Shown: one piece after another, positions 35,605 to 41,212 of the stretch
Layout: each line of letters opens with the position of its first letter
How positions within the stretch are numbered: the first letter of the stretch is position 1
IMG/VR virus record: IMGVR_UViG_3300050030_000016
From: a virus
Direction: 5' to 3' (one strand)
DNA: 41,343 nt
The notes under the pieces: generated by a model
What the model was told of the DNA's origin: nothing
What the model saw: only the letters and a program-made list of their open reading frames with translations
Database searches by the model: none
Position numbers and translations under genes: made by a program

Positions 35605-35723
35605 TATCGCTTCCTCCGTTTGAGCTCCATAAGTTTAACTACGGTTTTGCACTTACCACAAAGAACATAGTCCAATAATGACAGCCTTTTAAAGCGGTTG
35701 CACCGCGCGCATACGCCCTTCAT
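35604..35723 (-). CDS. 39-aa zinc-ribbon mini-protein
   Basis: ATG 35723 (TGATG overlap) is preferred over track start 35792, which would overlap the upstream gene by 70 nt. CARC...CGKC with a basic tail. Confidence 0.5.
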   Translation of the reverse strand: MKGVCARCNRFKRLSLLDYVLCGKCKTVVKLMELKRRKR

Positions 35724-36205
35724 CAGAATCGCACCGTGACAAATAGGCCGGGCGCACCATTGTACGTAGCGGTCAAGCGGGTATTCGACCAAACAGTATA
35801 GCTCAAGCTCACCGCCGGTTTAGCTCGTCCGGTCCATCCATACGCGGCTACGCCTAAATCTAACTTCTTGAAATATGCCAGATCAGCACCCAGGATAACA
35901 GCGCCGCCACCCTCATATCCCCAACCAAGAAACGGCTTCATCTCTAGTCCATACTGCGGACTCTTAACCGTTAGCTTGCCATCGGTTCCCAAATCAATAA
36001 CAGACACATGATCTGGAAGGATAACAGTATGGCTACCAGTTGTCGTTGTAACAGTTAAGGTATGATTCCCCGGATTTACCGTGACCTCTTCTGTGACATT
36101 TGGGGGTAGGACAATCTGGGGGGGCTTTATTTTCGAGCATTTCCCCCACAAGAAAACTACACCCAGGACAATTACGGCAATACCTATTTTGAATCGGAAT
36201 TTCAT
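35723..36205 (-). CDS. exported protein with outer-membrane beta-barrel-like C-terminus
   Basis: Signal-like N-terminus MKFRFKIGIAVIVLGVVFLWG. The C-terminal half has alternating beta-type sequence and ends in ...GLFVTVRF, with the terminal Phe typical of OMPs. Confidence 0.6.
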   Translation of the reverse strand: MKFRFKIGIAVIVLGVVFLWGKCSKIKPPQIVLPPNVTEEVTVNPGNHTLTVTTTTGSHTVILPDHVSVIDLGTDGKLTVKSPQYGLEMKPFLGWGYEGGGAVILGADLAYFKKLDLGVAAYGWTGRAKPAVSLSYTVWSNTRLTATYNGAPGLFVTVRF

Positions 36206-36336
36206 TTATCCCTCAGTGCTGCAGTTAGTTCTATTATCTTATCGTCCAAGCGCCGTAGCCATAATACATCATCAGTTGTCGAACGCTCATAAAACAAGTC
36301 GGATATCATCGCAAGTTGTTTCTCTCGGAAAGTCAC
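36202..36336 (-). CDS. possible 35-44-aa mini-protein (not in ORF track)
   Basis: It starts at GTG 36336 or ATG 36309 and ends in an ATGA overlap with the OMP-like gene. Sequence is MISDLFYERSTTDDVLWLRRLDDKIIELTAALRDK. Confidence 0.3.
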   Translation of the reverse strand: MTFREKQLAMISDLFYERSTTDDVLWLRRLDDKIIELTAALRDK

Positions 36337-36408
36337 CGGCTAAGTCCCCAACCCCACAAGATTAAGCGCTCAAAGAATCCATCGAGCAGATCTGACAACC
36401 ATCCCCTA

Positions 36409-36642
36409 TCACTTCCCATCTGATCCCCCTTTAGAATAAGCAAATGATGCGATCGTTGCGGCCCACAAACCAGCCTCTTGTGGAGTCATAGCCGGGAAGC
36501 CCTTGAATGGCCCTAGCAGTCTCAAGAGCACGGCTATCGCGAACATATCGACCCAGAGTCCACCCTTCACACTTACGATGTCCTGGGCCAAGTTCCACAG
36601 CTCTTGGCCCTTTTGAATGTACGCCTTAATGTTGTCTAGCAT
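36409..36642 (-). CDS. small membrane protein
   Basis: ATG 36642 (GGGGGA SD) is preferred over 36654, which sits at the predicted transcription start. It has two hydrophobic segments, WVDMFAIAVLLRLLGPF and LWAATIASFAY. Confidence 0.55.
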   Translation of the reverse strand: MLDNIKAYIQKGQELWNLAQDIVSVKGGLWVDMFAIAVLLRLLGPFKGFPAMTPQEAGLWAATIASFAYSKGGSDGK

Positions 36643-36660
36643 TGTGTCCCCCATATACTA

Positions 36661-36689
36661 AGCATATCATGGATACGAATCTTTGTCAA
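36661..36689 (-). promoter_or_regulatory. sigma70-type promoter P1 (TTGACA-17-TGaTATGCT)
   Basis: Reverse complement reads acccTTGACAaagattcgtatccaTGaTATGCT. Consensus -35, 17-nt spacer, extended -10. Located just after the upstream stop (36704). Confidence 0.7.
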
Positions 36690-36703
36690 GGGTTTTTTGC
36701 TCC

Positions 36704-36928
36704 TCATATGTCCCCTTTCGGTTCGATCTCGATCTGCCTACAAGTGGCACACTCATAAATCCCTACCGTCATCCCTCCGCCTATGTATGTCCACATATGA
36801 GACGTGGGGGTGCATGGCAGCGGATGGTGCATCTCTTGGTCATACTCCGCTTCACGCTCGACTAGTTCGCGCTGATACTCCGCGTCGGCGTCTATGCTCT
36901 CGTCCTGGTCGTCGTCATAACTATTCAT
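36704..36928 (-). CDS. acidic protein with C-terminal zinc motif
   Basis: ATG 36928 (GGGGG SD) is preferred over 36949. The N-terminus is acidic (DDDQDESIDADAEY) and the C-terminal part carries C...H...CATC. Confidence 0.5.
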   Translation of the reverse strand: MNSYDDDQDESIDADAEYQRELVEREAEYDQEMHHPLPCTPTSHMWTYIGGGMTVGIYECATCRQIEIEPKGDI

Positions 36929-37040
36929 TAGTATACCCCCACCCACCACATTCGGGACATGTCATGGTAATACCGTCCTCGCAATCCCTACTAAGTGACC
37001 ATTCTCCCGTACCTTGGCATGATTCGCAAATTTCATCCAT
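36921..37040 (-). CDS. 39-aa DnaJ-type zinc-finger mini-protein (not in ORF track)
   Basis: MDEICESCQGTGEWSLSRDCEDGITMTCPECGGWGYTNE has two CxxCxGxG motifs. Strong SD GGAGGGAGA. Confidence 0.55.
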   Translation of the reverse strand: MDEICESCQGTGEWSLSRDCEDGITMTCPECGGWGYTNE

Positions 37041-37041
37041 A

Positions 37042-37230
37042 CTATCTCCCTCCATAGAAATTGTGAATACCTAGCCGATGCTCCCCGCGAGACACGAGTT
37101 CATTAAACTCCGATTTCGTGTAGGGGCGTTTGATACCATAATCCTTGATAGCTATCTTGTGACTCTCTTTGTGCATCGTGTATAGAAAAAACTGATTAAA
37201 CGTCTCAGAGCATAGCGCGCATTTGTGCAT
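37042..37230 (-). CDS. C2H2-type zinc-finger protein
   Basis: CALCSETFNQFFLYTMHKESH fits C-x2-C-x12-H-x3-H. TAATG coupling upstream. Confidence 0.55.
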   Translation of the reverse strand: MHKCALCSETFNQFFLYTMHKESHKIAIKDYGIKRPYTKSEFNELVSRGEHRLGIHNFYGGR

Positions 37231-37484
37231 TATAGTAATCCTTTAGACTTTAACGTGTCCAACCCGAAGGTTGGGTAACCGTTCATCCCCCCATAAAGTT
37301 TGTAGCCGGGGAGCTGTGGGGATAGCAGATTCCAATACGGTTGGCCCATTTTCTGTTTAGAGCCTTTGAGGTATTGCAGCCGCAGCGGTTGCACTCCGAC
37401 ATAAGCCAACTCTTCGATCTCAGCCCGAGTCGATAAGACATTGAATCCTTCGGTATGGTTCAACAAGCGCTTTGCAAGGGTCAT
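37230..37484 (-). CDS. hypothetical protein
   Basis: ATG 37484 (SD AGGAGG) is preferred over track start 37529, which lies inside promoter P3 and upstream of the predicted transcription start. Confidence 0.6.
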   Translation of the reverse strand: MTLAKRLLNHTEGFNVLSTRAEIEELAYVGVQPLRLQYLKGSKQKMGQPYWNLLSPQLPGYKLYGGMNGYPTFGLDTLKSKGLL

Positions 37485-37517
37485 TGGCGTCCTCCTGGGT
37501 TCGTCTTGTGCACTCAT

Positions 37518-37546
37518 AGTATACACCATGTTCCCCTGTTTGTCAA
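37518..37546 (-). promoter_or_regulatory. sigma70-type promoter P3 (TTGACA-17-TATACT)
   Basis: Reverse complement reads ggccTTGACAaacaggggaacatggtgTATACT. Confidence 0.7.
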
Positions 37547-37549
37547 GGC

Positions 37550-37681
37550 CTAATATTTAATTGACACTATCTCACGTCTTTCAGTCCATCCATCGTTGAA
37601 CACAAACACAAGTCTATCATGGGGCAGTTGTTTGATAGTCACGGATCTGCCTTGGCGGTCTGTTGCTTGATAATCGTTCAT
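37550..37681 (-). CDS. 43-aa hypothetical protein
   Basis: ATG 37681 with SD AAGGAG and ATGA coupling is preferred over track start 37741. Confidence 0.5.
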   Translation of the reverse strand: MNDYQATDRQGRSVTIKQLPHDRLVFVFNDGWTERREIVSIKY

Positions 37682-37788
37682 ATAGAAAACTCCTTCACAT
37701 AGCCATTTAAGGGATCGACAATTGACGCTCTGTACGTACAAAAGTATTGGTACCTGTTTTCTAAGTCGTCAAACGTTAGCTCATCCAT
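37678..37788 (-). CDS. 36-aa hypothetical protein
   Basis: ATG 37788 is preceded by GGGGGA. The N-terminal part of track ORF 37678..37914 is better explained by the Cys-rich frame 37781..37936. Confidence 0.4.
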   Translation of the reverse strand: MDELTFDDLENRYQYFCTYRASIVDPLNGYVKEFSI

Positions 37789-37936
37789 TGTGTCCCCCAT
37801 CCGCGCAGTCGATACAGATATGACCATCGGTTTCATGATCTTTGAATTCCCAGGGCCAGTTATGCGAACAGATAGTGCAGACGAAACGATGGCAGCGACA
37901 ATCGCCCACTCCACGACATGCGGTACAGGTTTCCAT
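37781..37936 (-). CDS. 51-aa Cys/His-rich zinc-finger mini-protein (not in ORF track)
   Basis: METCTACRGVGDCRCHRFVCTICSHNWPWEFKDHETDGHICIDCADGGHNG. It starts 2 nt after the upstream stop. Confidence 0.5.
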   Translation of the reverse strand: METCTACRGVGDCRCHRFVCTICSHNWPWEFKDHETDGHICIDCADGGHNG

Positions 37937-37938
37937 AA

Positions 37939-38304
37939 TCATTTCATTTTCTCCCTTATCCGATCAAGATACGTTTGAACATTGCTTTTAGTCACGCCCA
38001 TTATCCTTGCCGTTTTATGCACGGAGAAGCATTTCTCAAACACATACTCGAAAGCCTCTAACTCTCTACCTGACAACCTAAGCTTACCATACTCTATGCA
38101 TTCTGTCAAGGGATTTATTTCGCCTCCAACATCACGCACCAGTTGCCTCGGCGATCCTTCACAACTAAAAAAAGTTAGACCAGCATCTATATCAGGTTCG
38201 TTATCTGCATTACAATCAATGTAGGTGTCTGTTTTACCGTTATATTTTTGTGGGCCCCCCTCTATTTCATCATTCGTATCTAATTCAAGATCGTTTTCTT
38301 CCAT
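37939..38304 (-). CDS. acidic N-terminus + sigma-70 region 4 / LuxR-type HTH protein (first gene of leftward arm)
   Basis: ATG 38304 (SD AGGAGA) is preferred over 38340. LSGRELEAFEYVFEKCFSVHKTARIMGVTKSNVQTYLDRIREKM matches the region-4/GerE HTH pattern. Confidence 0.65.
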   Translation of the reverse strand: MEENDLELDTNDEIEGGPQKYNGKTDTYIDCNADNEPDIDAGLTFFSCEGSPRQLVRDVGGEINPLTECIEYGKLRLSGRELEAFEYVFEKCFSVHKTARIMGVTKSNVQTYLDRIREKMK

Positions 38305-38399
38305 AATTAGTCTCCTGCGCGTATATATGTAGAGGCACATTAGAGCCAGGCATTGAGTCGGCTAACCTTTAAAAGATAATGTCTAGCCCCTATACAGTA

Positions 38400-38428
38400 A
38401 GCATATCATGGGTCCTTGACTTTGTCAA
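38400..38428 (-). promoter_or_regulatory. sigma70-type promoter P2 (TTGACA-17-TGaTATGCT) with palindromic -35
   Basis: Reverse complement reads gcccTTGACAaagtcaaggacccaTGaTATGCT. The -35 is half of the inverted repeat CCTTGAC-ttt-GTCAAGG (38414..38430). Confidence 0.7.
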
Positions 38429-38662
38429 GGGCTTTCTTTTTATTGCCATAATGGCGAAGACGATAGGTAACCCGGCGTTGTCCACTAGCGCACAGGTACA
38501 CATACTGCGGTATGGAATCATAATAATACCTAGTGGCTCGTTCTTTGCTCGAAATAGTTTAAATAGTAGATACATGACTAGCTTAGTCTTAATTGCTTCC
38601 GTTGACTTTACGAGCTCAAGCGATAGCGAGCTCGTCCGTTTAAGTACATAAGGATATAAGGT

Positions 38663-38878
38663 ATGGCTGAGAAGATAGTCAAGAGTAGTATCATACAAGC
38701 GTATGAGTATGACAGTAGCAAGCAAGAATTACTTGTGACATTCAAGAATAATAGTACATGGAAATATACGAAGGTTAGTCCAGTAGAAATGTCAGAGGTA
38801 TTTGATAGACCTGGTTCAATTGGATCTAGGTTCCTAAGCAAGATCAAACGTAGTAAGCAAGGTACTGAACAACCGTAG
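38663..38878 (+). CDS. KTSC-domain protein
   Basis: 71 aa with SD AAGGA. SSIIQAYEYDSSKQELLVTFKNNSTWKYTKVSPVEMSEVF...GSIGSRF fits the KTSC domain pattern. Confidence 0.6.
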   Translation: MAEKIVKSSIIQAYEYDSSKQELLVTFKNNSTWKYTKVSPVEMSEVFDRPGSIGSRFLSKIKRSKQGTEQP

Positions 38879-39109
38879 ACTAATGTCATTGAGTATGGTT
38901 GATAGTTTCTAGGGCGCTTAGCAGACTACTTGGATACGCATAAGTAACGGTTGTCACAAGTTGTCGCAAGATGGGTTATAGTCGAGATGGATTGTGAATG
39001 ATGCGTTGTGTGTGGTGTGGTCGCCTAAGTACAAACGCACTCAGTCATACAACTGTATGATAGATCGTAACTCGATTGAGATGCATAAGTTACAAGGTTA
39101 TGTATGTTA

Positions 39110-39139
39110 TTGACCATCCAATCAACGTGGTCATTTAAT
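39110..39139 (+). promoter_or_regulatory. possible rightward sigma70-like promoter (TTGACC-18-TTTAAT)
   Basis: TTGACC at 39110-39115 and TTTAAT at 39134-39139. It is the only plausible -35/-10 pair I saw upstream of the tRNA and paralogue operon. Weak. Confidence 0.25.
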
Positions 39140-39220
39140 ATGATATCTAATAACCGTTATCGGAAGTAGAATGGGTATCTTGTAACAATCCTAGCCGAAC
39201 AGATCAACGTAGTGACCCTA

Positions 39221-39253
39221 GGGGGTAGGGAGGGGGTTTGTAGGTTAGGGGGG
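39221..39253 (+). other. G-quadruplex-type motif (G5-N2-G3-N1-G5-N11-G6)
   Basis: GGGGGtaGGGaGGGGGtttgtaggttaGGGGGG, in the non-coding control region. Confidence 0.5.
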
Positions 39254-39308
39254 ATGGTCAAAAGACCCGTCCAAACTTTTCACCTATTTCTAGCATCGTT
39301 TCGTTATA

Positions 39309-39381
39309 GGGTCGGTAGCTCAAACGGGTAGAGCGGGTATATTTTAGTGCCTAGGTGCAGGTTCGAGTCCTGCCCGATCCA
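39309..39381 (+). tRNA. tRNA with non-canonical anticodon loop (ATTTTA; UUU/Lys-like)
   Basis: Acceptor GGGTCGG/CCGATCC, D arm GCTC-aaacgggta-GAGC, T arm GCAGG-TTCGAGT-CCTGC, A73, no encoded CCA. The anticodon helix GGTAT/GTGCC leaves a 6-nt loop, or 8 nt if the closing U.G pair opens. Confidence 0.7.
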
Positions 39382-39489
39382 CCCTTTTTTAGTTTGCTTA
39401 TTTGTAGGTACGTTTTGATTCACCCCATGTTAGCCAAATCGTTAACATGGAAATGATGGATATTACAAGCAATTCAGGAGATAATAAAC

Positions 39490-39756
39490 ATGAGCGTTGC
39501 AATCCCGTCGGCAAGCGATCTACAAGCCGTTGATCTTAATCCGGCCTTAACAAGTGTGCTTCTTCGCTTGCATACGGTTAAAGCCATCTATGAGGCCGCT
39601 GATTCAGTGGTCGCAGGCGATGTGTCCGCCACGACCGCCGCCATTACCAAGAGTGACGTTACGGCCGCCGTTGAAGCTTTGTACAATGAATTAGGTCAGC
39701 TGGGCTATACCGTGACCAACGGTACCACGACCTTCACAGTTACCTGGGGGCTATAA
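39490..39756 (+). CDS. LGY..W mini-protein paralogue 1
   Basis: 88 aa with SD AGGAGA. C-terminus LYNELGQLGYTVTNGTTTFTVTWGL. Confidence 0.7.
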   Translation: MSVAIPSASDLQAVDLNPALTSVLLRLHTVKAIYEAADSVVAGDVSATTAAITKSDVTAAVEALYNELGQLGYTVTNGTTTFTVTWGL

Positions 39757-40004
39757 TGCTTAATTTCTACAATTCTCACGAACTATCAAATTTGTATAAT
39801 GTCCCTTCCGCCTACCGGGAATCCGTGTCGGACGTTCTTACGGCCATCCTGGCTACGATGGAAACCCCGGCGTACACTTGTACCGTAGATGTGTCTGACT
39901 TCCTGGTCGATGCCGCTCAGCAGCTTAAGGCCGAGTTGCAGCAGATCGGTTACTCCGTTGATGATTCCACTACCCCCGGTAGCTGGATCATAAGGTGGAG
40001 CTAA
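39756..40004 (+). CDS. LGY..W mini-protein paralogue 2
   Basis: 82 aa with TAATG coupling. C-terminus LKAELQQIGYSVDDSTTPGSWIIRWS. Confidence 0.7.
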   Translation: MLNFYNSHELSNLYNVPSAYRESVSDVLTAILATMETPAYTCTVDVSDFLVDAAQQLKAELQQIGYSVDDSTTPGSWIIRWS

Positions 40005-40005
40005 T

Positions 40006-40266
40006 ATGGCACAGGTTATCAGCGCGGCGGTAGCCGCAGAATTGACAAAGAACCCCACGGACGTGGGCGCAATCCTCAAGGCCGCCTGTTTGTCTGCTAT
40101 TGCCACCCAGATCGTTACTCCGGTTGGTAACCCTTGCGTTACCGCTGCGGTTAGTACTGGATCGGCCACAGAGGGACAGCTCCTTGCCCAGCTCGACGAG
40201 TTGCATCGTTTGGGTTATGGGTATACGCTGGGCGCTTCAAGCTTTACTATTAACTGGCAGAGGTAA
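40006..40266 (+). CDS. LGY..W mini-protein paralogue 3
   Basis: 86 aa. C-terminus LLAQLDELHRLGYGYTLGASSFTINWQR. Confidence 0.7.
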   Translation: MAQVISAAVAAELTKNPTDVGAILKAACLSAIATQIVTPVGNPCVTAAVSTGSATEGQLLAQLDELHRLGYGYTLGASSFTINWQR

Positions 40267-40271
40267 ATCAT

Positions 40272-40526
40272 ATGGAATTTAAGCACGTTTTAGTTGATGC
40301 ACAAGAAGCGCACGCCCTGGCGTCAAGTGAACCGGCGGACCTGCACGAACGGGTGCTAATCATAAACGCCATCAATACCGCTATTGATGCCGATACGTTT
40401 ACGGCTACAGTGGTTGTGTCTACGGCGTCCGTTCTGATTCAGCAAGTGTTGATGGATGAACTGATTCAATTAGGCTACGGAGTTAACGGCACCACAACCC
40501 CAGGCAGTTTCATTATCACCTGGTAA
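40272..40526 (+). CDS. LGY..W mini-protein paralogue 4
   Basis: 84 aa. C-terminus LMDELIQLGYGVNGTTTPGSFIITW. Confidence 0.7.
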   Translation: MEFKHVLVDAQEAHALASSEPADLHERVLIINAINTAIDADTFTATVVVSTASVLIQQVLMDELIQLGYGVNGTTTPGSFIITW

Positions 40527-40544
40527 ATTAAAGGAGATTCTAGT

Positions 40545-40769
40545 ATGGAAGAAACCCCTGTTGTCCAAGATGCTGTGATTGTTGAACCCAAGGCTGCTGA
40601 ACCCACTAAGGTACCGGAAGCCCCTAAAGAAAGTCCAGCTAAAGACCTGAGAGAGATTCAAGCGTTGCTTGCTAATGGTATCTTCCCGGGCAATGTGGCC
40701 CCCAGCGTTGTGAAGGCGTATAACTTGCTTGAGCATATGGCCCTTGCGGTCGAGAAAGATGCGAAATAA
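40545..40769 (+). CDS. hypothetical protein
   Basis: 74 aa with SD AAAGGAGA. Pro/Glu/Lys-rich N-terminus. No motif. Confidence 0.6.
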   Translation: MEETPVVQDAVIVEPKAAEPTKVPEAPKESPAKDLREIQALLANGIFPGNVAPSVVKAYNLLEHMALAVEKDAK

Positions 40770-40918
40770 GCATAACTCCTCGGCCCAGGAACAGAAAAAG
40801 GTACGAGTATTCAGCGCGATTCAGCATTCATCTAGTAGGATTAGATATACTTTATCATATCAAACTAGTGTGGACGGATATGTTAAAGCATATCAGAATG
40901 TCCGTATGGAGGACAAGA

Positions 40919-41212
40919 ATGATCAGGTTATTGGTTAAACTCGGGGTATGGCTGGATAAGCGATTCCCAGAGAAAATTGTTATAACGTACGTACAGTATC
41001 AGGCCCTTCTGGATAGAACTAGCACTTTAGAGAAGCAATCTGCCCATATCGGTGCAGTGAAACAAGTCGTATTAGAGATGCAAAAGTTAAAAGACGAAGT
41101 AGCATCTTTCAAAACCTCCCTCGGAATGAACAGAACGGCAGAGGCCCTACCTTCTCCCTCCGCCTATCTGAATGACCTACCAGTGGGGGTTTACGATGAT
41201 AACGAAAGGTAA
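40919..41212 (+). CDS. hypothetical protein with N-terminal hydrophobic segment and coiled-coil-like body
   Basis: ATG 40919 (SD GGAGGA 5 nt upstream) is preferred over track start 40868. MIRLLVKLGVWL... Confidence 0.55.
   Translation: MIRLLVKLGVWLDKRFPEKIVITYVQYQALLDRTSTLEKQSAHIGAVKQVVLEMQKLKDEVASFKTSLGMNRTAEALPSPSAYLNDLPVGVYDDNER

Noticed and set aside
38079-38111. Fifth TTGACA-17-TAAGCT element inside the sigma4-like gene
   Set aside because: The -10 matches consensus at only 3 of 6 positions and the site is intragenic. I kept it only as a remark, not as a feature.
38379-38889. ORFs 38379..38651 (+), 38390..38725 (-) and 38608..38889 (-) in the AT-rich switch region
   Set aside because: They overlap each other, promoter P2 and the KTSC gene. 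They have no SD, and their translations are hydrophobic or low complexity.
38951-39253. Possible CRISPR array or iteron-type long repeat array
   Set aside because: There are only two tandem 10-mers and scattered short motifs. There is no repeat-spacer periodicity and no cas genes anywhere in the window.
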